Shown: positions 20,784 through 32,000 of the stretch, piece after piece | Numbering within the stretch: position 1 is the first letter of the stretch | Layout: each line of letters starts with the position of its first letter | Sequence record: MH791411.1 | Source of the DNA: Escherichia phage Ecwhy_1 | Strand: one strand, 5' to 3' | DNA length: 64,000 bases | Position numbers and translations under genes: made by a program | Notes under the pieces: model-generated | What the model was told of the DNA's origin: nothing | Databases searched by the model: none | What the model saw: only the letters and a program-made list of their open reading frames with translations

Positions 20784-22925
20784 ATGGCAGTTTTTTCCAA
20801 TTTAGAAGGGACCATGATGCCAACATTCAAGTTGGGTAAACGTGGTGCTTCTATTAATTTTGTAAACGATTCTGTCGCAATCAAAGACTTTTTAGGCGAA
20901 ACGTTCCTACCTGTTAAGGTGGGAACTCCTAATGACGATGATTCCGCAGTAAACGTTAGGTATCTTGAAGATAACCCAAATGCTTTATTTGGCGTACTTC
21001 CACCAACAAATGACATTGGTAAAAATAACAACACTTATTTTCAAGTTGATTCTGAGGGTATTGTTGATATCTTTGCAAAAACAAATGATGTTTGGGTAAA
21101 ATCATTATACATTAATAAAAATGTCCTTTCCAGTGTTAACGGTGCTGATTATATCGGACTTATTACTGGAGGAACACTTCAACAGGCACAGTTTTACATA
21201 ACTCCAGAAGAGTTTGGTGCAAAAGGTGATGGCATCACTGATGACACGGCGGCGGTTAACGCATGTGCAGTTTATGCTAAAGAACACAAAATCCAAATTC
21301 AAGCTGGTGGTAATTATCGTATCAGAACTGCTGTTTATTTGAATGATATTCAATGGTTTGGTGGTACAATCACTGGTAACGGTGGCACAATGGTATCGGT
21401 ACTGAATAGTACAATCCAACAAGCAACATTAACAGGATGTTATTTAAAATTCTTTGGTGGTAATGGTAAATTTTATTTTAATAAATTTATTAATATTACA
21501 AGTACTGCTGCATTTCTAATGCAAGGTATGACTGAATCAGGTACTATCGACTTCTGCTTTAATGAAATGACACAATGTAAGTACGGTGTTCTTCAGCAAG
21601 GCACTGGTGAGAAAATGACCGTTGGGCGTTATTCATACAACCACATCCATGATATATATGGTGATGCAATTGAATTGAACGTAGTCAACTCACATTACCC
21701 AGACGGATTTGTAATAGAAGGTAACTTGATTGAAAACGTAGATGGTACAAATGCACCAATTCCTCTTTCAAACTGGGGTATTGGTATCGGTGTTGCAGGT
21801 TCTGGTCCTTATGATGTGAATGCTGATGATTCACAATATGTAAAAAAATTCGTTATAAAAAATAACCGCTTGTACAATGTCCGTCAATGTATTCACGTTG
21901 AGTTGGGTAAAGACTTTAAAATTCTCAATAATGAAGTTTATCCATCAACGTTGGTATCAATTGGTACTGGTTTGACAACCGCTGGTGTAATTACTTATGG
22001 TTCTGTTGATTTTATTATTGATGGCCTATCTGGGCATCTATTAAATGATCCATCAGTAACTAACCGTATGGTTTCTATTAACTGGGGCGTAACATCTGGT
22101 AAATTTGCTGGTCCTCCACGAAACTTTAAATTATGTAATCTCCACATTCCTGAGTCGTCTATTATTGTGTATACTTCAGGCTCTGATAATTGGCTAAATA
22201 CTACTGAACTTTCTAATATTACATGTAGTAGAATTCAATGGCGTGGATTGCCGTCATCTTCCAAGTTTAATAATATCAGTACTAAAGAACTTGATGTTAT
22301 TGGACAACACCTTGCAACTGAAGGTGAAGGAGGGGGCTTATATACTCGCTCTAAATATACATATACCAACTGGACTAATTGTGTTGTTCAAGATGATTGT
22401 AACATATCAAAATATAGTTTCTCAAGAATGTATGTTGACCGTATTGACCAATCATCTAATAACTTTAAAGTAACCACTGCAATTGATGGAACGGGTCATC
22501 GTGGACCTGTAGTAATACCTGTAGTTGAACAGTATTACGTGCCTTATGATGTTTTTCCTGGTGGGAGATATTTCCCAGCAGGAACAATTATCCATAAACA
22601 ATCAGGTGGAAAATTTATTGTTACAGTAGGTGGTTCTTTCTTTGGTCGATATGACACAATTAGACAAACAGTTGCAGGACAAACTTATATCGAAGCATTG
22701 GGTGTATCATGGGGTGATAATCAATATGCTAAAGCTGCTGGAACCGAAATCCTAATCACAGGAGCAGGGGAAAATGGCGAAGATTTAAAAACATATATCA
22801 CTAGAGCAGTTTATGTTGTTAATAATGCGTATCGTATCGATATTGCCGATCCGATTGTTACTGCTACCGCAGCAGGGGCATTATTGAAAGCTGCTCAACC
22901 AATAACATATATCACCCTATCTTAA
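20784..22925 (+). CDS. Tailspike/depolymerase with pectate-lyase-like beta-helix domain
   Basis: ITPEEFGAKGDGITDDTAAVNAC is the hallmark N-terminal motif of pectate_lyase_3/P22-tailspike-like beta-helix proteins. Repeated NN.L.N blocks are typical of parallel beta-helix rungs. The N-terminal 11 aa MAVFSNLEGTM are shared with the next gene. Confidence 0.75.
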   Translation: MAVFSNLEGTMMPTFKLGKRGASINFVNDSVAIKDFLGETFLPVKVGTPNDDDSAVNVRYLEDNPNALFGVLPPTNDIGKNNNTYFQVDSEGIVDIFAKTNDVWVKSLYINKNVLSSVNGADYIGLITGGTLQQAQFYITPEEFGAKGDGITDDTAAVNACAVYAKEHKIQIQAGGNYRIRTAVYLNDIQWFGGTITGNGGTMVSVLNSTIQQATLTGCYLKFFGGNGKFYFNKFINITSTAAFLMQGMTESGTIDFCFNEMTQCKYGVLQQGTGEKMTVGRYSYNHIHDIYGDAIELNVVNSHYPDGFVIEGNLIENVDGTNAPIPLSNWGIGIGVAGSGPYDVNADDSQYVKKFVIKNNRLYNVRQCIHVELGKDFKILNNEVYPSTLVSIGTGLTTAGVITYGSVDFIIDGLSGHLLNDPSVTNRMVSINWGVTSGKFAGPPRNFKLCNLHIPESSIIVYTSGSDNWLNTTELSNITCSRIQWRGLPSSSKFNNISTKELDVIGQHLATEGEGGGLYTRSKYTYTNWTNCVVQDDCNISKYSFSRMYVDRIDQSSNNFKVTTAIDGTGHRGPVVIPVVEQYYVPYDVFPGGRYFPAGTIIHKQSGGKFIVTVGGSFFGRYDTIRQTVAGQTYIEALGVSWGDNQYAKAAGTEILITGAGENGEDLKTYITRAVYVVNNAYRIDIADPIVTATAAGALLKAAQPITYITLS

Positions 22926-22939
22926 AGGAGATTATAAAA

Positions 22940-23839
22940 ATGGCAGTTTTTTCTAATTTAGAAGGAACCATGAAGAAGACCTTCATACTTGGTAAAAATG
23001 GTGCACAAATTGCCACTAATGGTAATGTTGTTCAAATCCAGAACTACACGGGTACACAACTTCTTCCTGTTTCAGCAGGTGACCCAACCGCAAATACACA
23101 CTTGGTTACATTGGGTTATTTGAATACACATAGCGGTGGTGGTGGTGGTTCCGGTATTTTACGTGGAACTATTGCACCATCTGAATCAATCGGTGTAGAT
23201 GGTGACGCTTACTTCTTAGTTGACAGTACTAATATTATTCAGATCTATATTAAAGACCTTGGTGTTTGGAAGCCTCTCCAAAGCACAACTCCAGGTACTG
23301 ATAGTTCTTACGTTACTACTGAAATCGTTCCTGTATCGGCATTTACATTAGTTCCTGGAACAACAGATCAATATACTTATTCTTTGCCTGAATCAGTACA
23401 TGGTCGTGGTCCAGATATTATGGTTCAGCTACAGGGTGATCCTGGTAACATCCCACTTGACACTGTATTCCAAACTAACGTCACTGTGAGTGGTATTGGT
23501 GACATTACGATTGATGTTATTGGTCAAATCACTGAATACACAAGTGTCAAAGTCAACATCATAGGAGCAACAACAATGACAGTACCTTATAGTAAATTAA
23601 TTAATATAGCAGATTGGGTAGCATCTGGTGATGATTACACCATTACTGTTCCAGCGTCAGAACATAACCAAACACCTGACAATTTGTATATTTCTATATA
23701 TTCAAATAAAACACCAGGCAGTACAGCAGCATCACCATTTGAACTGGTAATAACCGAAACTCAAATTGATGCAAGTGGTAATGTTACATTCACTTCTGAC
23801 GAAGCGTTTAGTGGTAAAATAGTAATTTCCGGTAAATAA
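22940..23839 (+). CDS. Second receptor-binding protein (short fibre/spike) sharing an N-terminal anchor with the tailspike
   Basis: Begins MAVFSNLEGTMKKTFILGKNGA against MAVFSNLEGTMMPTFKLGKRGA in the upstream gene; about 30 nt are near-identical at DNA level. Poly-Gly linker GGGGGSG. Followed by a terminator. Confidence 0.65.
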   Translation: MAVFSNLEGTMKKTFILGKNGAQIATNGNVVQIQNYTGTQLLPVSAGDPTANTHLVTLGYLNTHSGGGGGSGILRGTIAPSESIGVDGDAYFLVDSTNIIQIYIKDLGVWKPLQSTTPGTDSSYVTTEIVPVSAFTLVPGTTDQYTYSLPESVHGRGPDIMVQLQGDPGNIPLDTVFQTNVTVSGIGDITIDVIGQITEYTSVKVNIIGATTMTVPYSKLINIADWVASGDDYTITVPASEHNQTPDNLYISIYSNKTPGSTAASPFELVITETQIDASGNVTFTSDEAFSGKIVISGK

Positions 23840-23847
23840 AAAAAATA

Positions 23848-23881
23848 GTCCAGACTATGATTCATCTAGTCTGGATTTTTT
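23848..23881 (+). terminator. Rho-independent terminator
   Basis: ccagacta-tgattcatc-tagtctgg hairpin followed by ATTTTTT. Confidence 0.65.
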
Positions 23882-23887
23882 ATATCA

Positions 23888-23913
23888 ATAACTAAATATA
23901 TGTATATTAACAA
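23888..23913 (+). promoter_or_regulatory. Conserved upstream element (putative late promoter) of fibre gene 1
   Basis: aactaaatatatgtatattaacaagg is almost identical to aaactaaatataagtatattaacaaaag upstream of fibre gene 2 at 28971. About 45-65 nt upstream of the respective ATGs, while the 5'UTRs otherwise differ. Confidence 0.5.
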
Positions 23914-23957
23914 GGTCAAATGTATTTTATGCTTTTTGCCTATTTGGAGGGAACTAA

Positions 23958-26900
23958 ATGTACTCGATTAAAACAGATCTCGATATAACTGGTGGTGCAA
24001 CGGTTGCTAAAGATCTTCTTGTGAAAGGCGATGCAGTATTCAATAAAAATCTAACAGTTAATGGAACTGTAACTTTTGCTGACGCTGTATTCACTGCAAT
24101 TGAAGCAGAAACTGTAGACATTTCATCTACACTAGATGTTGCTGGTAAAGCATCATTGAATGGTGGAATTGAAGTTCATGGTAATTCCGTAATTGGTAAT
24201 TTGCCTGTTGGTTCTGATACTGCAACGATTAATTCTAATGCACAATTCCAAAGCCCAGTATCAATGGCAGGTAATCTAACACAAACCGCTGGCACTGCTG
24301 TACTAAAAGATACCCAAGTGGCATCAATGGATGTTCTTGGGACTTCTTCATTTAAAGGTAATATTACTGCTGAAACTGGCACTACCGCAGCATTTGACAA
24401 AATAACTGCAACTGATGCAACATTCACAAACACTGCAACTACTGATATCACATCAACTGGAACTGCAAACTTTAAAGATGTGAATATTTCCGGTACACTA
24501 GGTGGAACATTTAGTCTATCTGATGTTAATGCAACAACTCTAACTGTTTCTGGTTTAACCAGTCTACAAGGTGGTGTTACATTAGGTTCCAACATTACTG
24601 GTGTGAATAGTAGTGCAAACTTCCGTGATATTAAAATTGGTTCCAATGCTGCAAACACTAACTACCGTTTGAGCTTTAACTATTCTGCTCCAAGTCTTCG
24701 TCCAACTGTAATTCTACAGAACGAAATCCAATCAGAATTGATGTCTCCAGCTACCCTAAGTGTATTGAAAACTGCATCTTTTGGTGATTCGTCACTATCC
24801 ACTTTTGGTATTACTGGTAATGGTCTAAACAAACTAGATTACCTAACAGTATCTGGTAACTCTGTTCAAGATCCAACAACTCCACTATTACAAGTAACTT
24901 CAGGTAAAACTAAAGTTCATGATTTCGAAGTAACAGGAACTGCAACTATTCCTAACATTGAAAGTACTGGTACTGCTAATTTTAATAACATCAACGTATC
25001 TGGTACACTCGGTGGTACTTTCAGTCTTGATGATATTGAAGCAAACACACTAACTGTATCCGGTTTAACTAGCCTTGTTGGTGGTGTAACTTTAGGTGCT
25101 GATATTTCCGGTGCTAATAGTACTGCTAATTTTAAAGCAGTAAGTTTAGGACAAAACGCCGCCGATGCTAACGTTAAGTATGGTTTTGCTTATTCTGCCC
25201 CTGGTGCTCGCCCAACTGTAATTCTACAAAATGAAATTCAGTCTGAGCTAGTATCTCCAGCAGTACTTAATGTACAAAAAACTGCAACCTTTGGTGATGC
25301 ATCTCTTGCAACCTATGGTATCACAGGTAACGGTCTAAACAAACTAGATTATCTATCTATTACTGGTAATGGTACACAAAGTCCAGCTACCCCACAACTA
25401 CAAGTTGCTGGTAAATCAGTACTAAATGATGTTGAATTCACTGGTACTGTAACTGGTCTAACTGTTGATGTGAGTGGACAAGATCTAACTCCTAAATCAG
25501 TAGATGCTGCTGAAGCAATCAAAGGTCAAACCCTTGAATCAGTTGGTCAAACCACAGTAGGAACTAACCTACAAGTTGGTGGAACTGCTAATGTTGTTGG
25601 TGCACTAACTGGTACTGCTGCTACCTTCACTGGTGATGTAAGTGCTGCTAAAGGTACTTTCAGTGGTGATGTTAGCGTTACTGGTCAAACTGTAACTGTA
25701 CGTGATTTAGTAGTAACTGGTACAACTACTGGTGTAACTGCCCAAGCTGATGTTGATGGTCTTGATATCGCCCCAAATAAAGTTGATGTTACAACAACAC
25801 TATCTGTTGCTGGGGACACTACTTTAGCTGGCCTAACTGCTAGTTCAGTAACCAGTACTGGTGATGTTACTGGTGCGTCTGTATCTGGTAATACAGTAAC
25901 TGCGGCTGGGGCACTATCTGGTGGTTCTCTTGCAGTAACTGGTGCTGGTTCTATGGCTTCACTAACTGTTCCAAGTATTACTGGTGACACTACTTTTGCT
26001 AATAACGTAACTATTACTGGAACACTAACTCCGAGTAGTATAGATTTAAGCACTACTGATGTAAGTGCTGCTTCTTTAACAACTACTGGTAACGTAACTG
26101 TTGGTGGTTCTCTTGCAGTAACTGGTGCTATTGATTTGTCTGCTGCTGATGTAGTAACAAAATCAGTTAGTGCAACTAACCCAAGTACATTTGGTGTAAT
26201 TAATGCATCTTCTGTTGCCGCAACTGGTGACGTTTCAGGTGGCACACTAACTACTACTGGTGCAGCGAAAGTAGGAACACTAACTAGTACTGGTGTAGTA
26301 TCTGGTTCGCGTTTGTCTTCTGGTACTGCAACAATCACAACTTCTGTAACAGTTCCAACTTTACAAGCTGAAGCTGCTGGTGCTGGTACACTAAATCTAG
26401 CAAGTAATGTTGTCGCGGCAAAAGATCTAACTGTCACTGGTGTATTCAAACCTGAAGGTGGTCTTGATCTAACAACTGTTGATATTACTGCAAACTCACT
26501 AACTACTACTGCTGATGTTAATGTTGGTGGAAACTTAGTAGTTGATGGTACTTTTGACCTAAGTGCTGCTGATGTGTCTGTGAAATCTCTTGCAAGTGCA
26601 GAGACAATTACAAGTGCTGGTGTTATTACCGTTACCGATTCAACCAATACTAGTTCGTTACCTAAAATTACTTCAACTGATGCAACACTCTTTACAGTAA
26701 ATGCAGGTACTATTAATGCAACTGGTAACAGTGTACTACAAAGTGTATCAGCTACTCAAGTAACTGCTAATAGTGCTGAATTTTCTGGTGGTGGCCTTGG
26801 TCTTCAAGTTGATAATGATGCAAACGTTGGTGGTGCATTATCTGTTGGTGGCATTGCAACTGTTGGTTCTTTAACAACAACTGCTGCTTCTCTTAATATT

Positions 26901-28892
26901 GCAAAAAATACTGCAATCACTGGTGATTTAGCTGTATCTGGCACACTAACTGCTGGTTCAATCGACCTAAGCAATACTGATGTAACCGTTAAATCTCTTG
27001 ATTCACTAGGTAACGCACACATTGCTGGTAACCTAACTGTAGATGGTGCATTCGACTTAAGTGCAACTAACCTTGTAGCTGCAAGTCTAGCAAGTACTGG
27101 TTCTACTACTGTTGGAACTGATCTAGTACTAACAACTGGTGTTGTGACTGGTAGCCCAGCTATCTCTGGTAATACAACAATCGGTGGAACTCTTGGTGTA
27201 ACTGGTGCTGTTAACCTAACTGATATTGTTAATATCGGTAAGAAAGTAACAGTGAGTACTGGTGGTATTCAGGTAGTTGATGGTGGTATCAATACTAACA
27301 CAATTAACGTTTCTGGTGCTTCTACTCTAGCAGGAACTTCCATTACTGGAACTTTAGGTGTAACTGGTGCTTCTACTCTAGCAGGTGTATCTGCGACATC
27401 ACTAACAGTTTCTGGTGACAGTACTGTTCAGAAACTAACTGTCCAAGGTGAATTGATCCCACAAGGTGGTCTTGACCTAAGCGGTGCAGACATTACTGCT
27501 AATAGTCTAACTACTGCGACAACTATCAATGCAACTGGCCTAAGTACTCTAAGTGGTGGTGTTAGTACTTCTACTGTGACTGCATCTGGTCTAGCAACTG
27601 TTGGAAGTTTAACTTCTACTGCAAACGCATCAGTTGGTGGTAATTTGGGTGTAACTGGAACTCTAGGTGTTACTGGTGCAACTACTGTATCTTCACTAAC
27701 AGCTACTGGTGCAGTGAAAACTGGTACAACCCTAACTGTTGGTACTCCAGTTGGTGAACAACCTGAAACTGTACAGATCATTCCAGATACTTATATTGCT
27801 GGTAAATTGCGTGTAATCGGTGGTATTAACGCTGAAATCGACGTAAGTGGTCAAACACTAGAACCATATGCAATTGAAGCTGCTGCAACACTATCTGCTG
27901 TTGGTAACATTACTTCTGGTGCAACCATCGTTTCTAAAGCTGCAACAATTGGTGATGTTGGTTCACAAAACAACAACCTAACTGTTAATGGTAACGTAGT
28001 AACTAATGGTGACTTCACCGTTACTGGTGTACTAAATGCACAATTGAACCAAGCAGATTCCGATGTAGCTGTTAAGTCTTTGACTGCAACTAATAACGTT
28101 GCGGCTGGTACTTCAATCACTGCTGGAACATCCATCACTGCATCAGGCTTACTAAAAGGTAATTCGTTAGAAGTCACCACTACTGGTTCATTTGGTGGTG
28201 CAGTAACTATGTCAAGTGGTGCAAACATCACTGGTACTGTTGGTATCACTGCTGGTGACCTAACAGTAGGTGGTAATATCTCTGCAACTGGTACTGCTGG
28301 ATTCGGTGCAACAACCGTTTCTACCATTACAACATCAGGTTTAGCTACCCTTGCAAGTGCATCTGTAACTGGTGCTCTAACTGTAGGTGGTACATTAACT
28401 GCAAATGGTAACACTGTGATTGGTGATGCTGCTGCTGATACTTTAACTGTAAATGCAACATCTACATTTAAAGAGAACGCAACATTTGATAAGAACCTAA
28501 CAGTGACTGGTTCTATTAACACCACCACTGCAAACTTCACTACAAACAACATGGTAACTAAGAAATATTCTGTTATCCCTGCTAGTGTTACTGCTTCTAC
28601 TGCTGCTGTAGGTGGCACTTGGACACCAGATGGTACTACTAACGTATATCGCTTAACTCTTGACCAAAGTGTTACAATGGATTCCATCGCGGGTCTAATT
28701 GGTAGTGGTCAAGCATGTTCAGTGTATATCTATGTAACTCCATCTGTTGCTGATACTACTTTCACCTTCGGTGGTGCATACTCTGTAGTTTCTGGTACAG
28801 TAAGTGCTGTAGTTGGTCAAACAAGTATTATCCAAGTAATCTATGATGGTTTCAGTACTGTGTTTGATACCTTCGTTGCACAACGTGTATAA
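23958..28892 (+). CDS. Giant repeat-containing tail fibre protein 1 (1,644 aa)
   Basis: RBS tttggagggaactaaATG. Thr/Gly/Ser/Val/Ala-dominated beta-strand repeats (…TGT.TV.G.LT…). N-terminal, C-terminal and several internal blocks are collinear with the downstream 1,899-aa paralog. All long antisense ORFs here are codon-bias artefacts. Confidence 0.85.
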   Translation: MYSIKTDLDITGGATVAKDLLVKGDAVFNKNLTVNGTVTFADAVFTAIEAETVDISSTLDVAGKASLNGGIEVHGNSVIGNLPVGSDTATINSNAQFQSPVSMAGNLTQTAGTAVLKDTQVASMDVLGTSSFKGNITAETGTTAAFDKITATDATFTNTATTDITSTGTANFKDVNISGTLGGTFSLSDVNATTLTVSGLTSLQGGVTLGSNITGVNSSANFRDIKIGSNAANTNYRLSFNYSAPSLRPTVILQNEIQSELMSPATLSVLKTASFGDSSLSTFGITGNGLNKLDYLTVSGNSVQDPTTPLLQVTSGKTKVHDFEVTGTATIPNIESTGTANFNNINVSGTLGGTFSLDDIEANTLTVSGLTSLVGGVTLGADISGANSTANFKAVSLGQNAADANVKYGFAYSAPGARPTVILQNEIQSELVSPAVLNVQKTATFGDASLATYGITGNGLNKLDYLSITGNGTQSPATPQLQVAGKSVLNDVEFTGTVTGLTVDVSGQDLTPKSVDAAEAIKGQTLESVGQTTVGTNLQVGGTANVVGALTGTAATFTGDVSAAKGTFSGDVSVTGQTVTVRDLVVTGTTTGVTAQADVDGLDIAPNKVDVTTTLSVAGDTTLAGLTASSVTSTGDVTGASVSGNTVTAAGALSGGSLAVTGAGSMASLTVPSITGDTTFANNVTITGTLTPSSIDLSTTDVSAASLTTTGNVTVGGSLAVTGAIDLSAADVVTKSVSATNPSTFGVINASSVAATGDVSGGTLTTTGAAKVGTLTSTGVVSGSRLSSGTATITTSVTVPTLQAEAAGAGTLNLASNVVAAKDLTVTGVFKPEGGLDLTTVDITANSLTTTADVNVGGNLVVDGTFDLSAADVSVKSLASAETITSAGVITVTDSTNTSSLPKITSTDATLFTVNAGTINATGNSVLQSVSATQVTANSAEFSGGGLGLQVDNDANVGGALSVGGIATVGSLTTTAASLNIAKNTAITGDLAVSGTLTAGSIDLSNTDVTVKSLDSLGNAHIAGNLTVDGAFDLSATNLVAASLASTGSTTVGTDLVLTTGVVTGSPAISGNTTIGGTLGVTGAVNLTDIVNIGKKVTVSTGGIQVVDGGINTNTINVSGASTLAGTSITGTLGVTGASTLAGVSATSLTVSGDSTVQKLTVQGELIPQGGLDLSGADITANSLTTATTINATGLSTLSGGVSTSTVTASGLATVGSLTSTANASVGGNLGVTGTLGVTGATTVSSLTATGAVKTGTTLTVGTPVGEQPETVQIIPDTYIAGKLRVIGGINAEIDVSGQTLEPYAIEAAATLSAVGNITSGATIVSKAATIGDVGSQNNNLTVNGNVVTNGDFTVTGVLNAQLNQADSDVAVKSLTATNNVAAGTSITAGTSITASGLLKGNSLEVTTTGSFGGAVTMSSGANITGTVGITAGDLTVGGNISATGTAGFGATTVSTITTSGLATLASASVTGALTVGGTLTANGNTVIGDAAADTLTVNATSTFKENATFDKNLTVTGSINTTTANFTTNNMVTKKYSVIPASVTASTAAVGGTWTPDGTTNVYRLTLDQSVTMDSIAGLIGSGQACSVYIYVTPSVADTTFTFGGAYSVVSGTVSAVVGQTSIIQVIYDGFSTVFDTFVAQRV

Positions 28893-28911
28893 CATTTTAA
28901 ATTAATAATTA

Positions 28912-28944
28912 AAGCCAACTTTTTTAGTTGGCTTTTTCTTTTGT
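28912..28944 (+). terminator. Rho-independent terminator
   Basis: aagccaact-ttttt-agttggctt hairpin followed by TTTTCTTTT after the fibre-1 stop. Confidence 0.75.
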
Positions 28945-28970
28945 ATTAGATAATAGTGTTTTTGTGAATT

Positions 28971-28998
28971 AAACTAAATATAAGTATATTAACAAAAG
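28971..28998 (+). promoter_or_regulatory. Conserved upstream element (putative late promoter) of fibre gene 2
   Basis: Near-identical copy of the 23888-23913 element. Confidence 0.5.
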
Positions 28999-29041
28999 AT
29001 GGGTTATGAATATATAGTTCATCGTTATAGGAGGGGACTCT

Positions 29042-32000
29042 ATGTACTCGATTAAAACGGATCTTGATGTATCTGGTAATTCCACGGTAGGTAAGGATCT
29101 TTTGGTCAAAGGTAATGCAGTATTCAGTAATGACCTAACGGTTAATGGGGAAGTGTCTTTTGCTAACGCAGTATTCACTGCAATTACCGCTGGTTCTGTG
29201 AATGTCACAGGTGCATTGGATGTTGCTGGTAAGGCAACCTTATCCGGTGGTGCTGATGTTTCAGGTGCTGCGACATTTGCAGGAAACATTACTGCTGCTG
29301 GCGGCACAACTGCAAAATTTGATAACTTAGAAGCTAATTCAGGATCATTTGATTCTGTTGAATCAACTGATATTACTTCAACTGGCACAGCAACTTTTAA
29401 AGATGTAAACATTTCTGGTACACTTGGTGGTACTTTTAATCTTTCTGATATTAATGCTACAACACTTAATGTGTCTGGTGCTTCAGCACTAACTGGTTCA
29501 GTCACATTGGGTGCAAATATCACTGGTCTTGCAAGTACTGCAAACTTCCGTGATATTCGTATCGGGCCTAATGAAGCAGGTCAAGCATATAGACTAAACT
29601 TTGGTTACACCGTTCCAGGACAACGACCAACCGTTCTTCTACAGAACGAAGTTCAATCCGAACTAATGTCACCAGCTAAGTTGAATGTTCTACAAACTGC
29701 AACATTTGGTGATTCTTCACTTTCAACTTACGGTATTACAGGTAATGGTTTAAACAAATTAGATTATGTAACTATTTCTGGTAACGCAATTCAATCACCA
29801 ACCACTCCTTTACTTGAAGTAACTAAAGGTAAAACTAAAGTTGTTGATTTAGAAGTAACTGGTGTAGCAACTATTCCTAATATCGAAAGTTCTGGTACTG
29901 CAAACTTTAACAACATCAACGTATCTGGTACTATTGGTGGTAGTTTTGATTTAGATGATATCCAAGCAACAACATTATCAGTATCCGGTGCTTCAGCACT
30001 AACTGGTGCAGTTACATTGGGTGCAAACATCACTGGTCTAGCAAGTACTGCAACATTCAAAGCAATCAATTTGGGTCAAAATACCGCTGATGCTAACGTT
30101 AAGCTAGGTTTTGCATATACTGCACCTAGTGCACGTCCAACAGTCTTGTTAGCAAACGAAGTTCAATCTGAACTAATGTCTCCTGCTAAGTTGAACGTTC
30201 TACAAACTGCAACCTTCGGTTCTGCTGCACTATCTACCTATGGTATTACTGGTAATGGTCTAAACAAATTAGATTATCTAACAATTACTGGTAACGCAAC
30301 ACAAAACCCTGCTACTCCACAACTTCAAGTTGGTGGTAAAGCAATTCTTAATGATGTTGAATTTACAGGTACTGTAACTGGCCTAACTGTTGATGTGAGT
30401 GGACAAGATCTAACTCCTAAATCAGTAGTTGCTGCTGAAGCAATCAAAGGTCAAACTCTTGAATCAGTTGGTCAAACAACTGTAGGTTCATCTCTACAAG
30501 TTGGCGGTACTGCAACTGTTACTGGTGCATTATCTGCTGCCTCTGGTACTTTCAGTGGTGATGTTAGTGGTTCTAAAGGTATCTTCAGTGGTAGCGTATC
30601 CGGTACAAGTGCAACCTTTACTGGGGATGTTAGCGGTGATAACGCAACCTTTAGTGGCGATTTATCTGCTGTAGCTGGCACTTTCAGTGGTGATGTAACC
30701 GTAACTGGTCAAACAATCACTGTTAAAGACTTGGTAGTAACTGGAACTTCAACTGGTGTAACTGCAATCGCTGACGTTGACGGTCTTGATATTGCTCCAA
30801 ACAAAGTTGATGTTACAACAACTCTATCTGTTGCTGGTGAATCAACTCTTGCTGGTATTACAGCAACTTCAATCAATAGTACTGGTGCAATTGCAGGTAC
30901 TGCAATTTCTGGCTCTACTATTACAGCAACTGGTGAAATTTCTGGTGCATCATCTGTAGTAACTGGTCTTTCTAAATCTGGTAGCGTTGAAACTGGTGCT
31001 CTAAAGGCATCTTCTGTTGAAACTGCAATCATTAGCAACACTGCTGGTGTGTCAATAACAAACAACACTTCCATTGCAGGTAATCTATCTGTGACTGGAA
31101 CTGTTACCCCTGGTGCAATTGACCTAAGCACTACTGATATTGATGCTAAGTCCCTAACTACAACTGAAGGTGCTAACATTGGTGGTAACCTAGTTGTTGC
31201 AGGTACAGTTGATCTAAGTGCTGCTGACGTTGCTGTTAAATCTCTAACCAGTACTGGTGCAGTTATTAGTTCTGAAGGTACTGTAAGTAGTGTTCTACCT
31301 AAACTTTCCAGTACTGAAGCTAATATTACCACAGTAACTGCAACCACTGCAAATGCTACCACACTAAATGTAACTGGTACATCAACTCTAGCTGGTGTTA
31401 ACGCTTCTGGTGCTATTACTTCTGCAACTAACATTACCGCTACTGGTGTATTAAAAGGTGCATCTGTTGAAACTGCGTCAATCAGCAATGCTGATGGTGT
31501 AGCAATTAACAATAACACTACAATCACTGGTAATTTGGACGTATCTGGGACATTGACCCCTGGTGCAATTGACCTAAGCACTACTGATATTAGTTCTAAG
31601 TCTCTAACCACAACTGAAGGTGCTACAATTGGTGGCGATCTTGTGGTAGCAGGTACTGTTGACCTAAGTGCTGCTGATGTGTCTGTGAAATCTCTTGCAA
31701 GTGCAGAGACAATTACAAGTGCTGGTGTTATTACAGTTTCGGATACAGTGAATTCTAGCACTCTACCAAAACTAATTACTACTGATGCAACTATTGGTGC
31801 TGTCCATGCAGCTACTATTGAAACAACTGGTTCAAGTACACTAAAACAAGTATCTGCTACTGAAGTAACAGCTACAAGTATTGTACTAAATTCAGTTGGT
31901 GAAGGTTTACGTGTTGACAATAATGCAAACATTAATGGTATATTAAGTGTTAATAATATTACTTCTACCAATGATACTATTGCAATTGCGAAAAGTGCTG

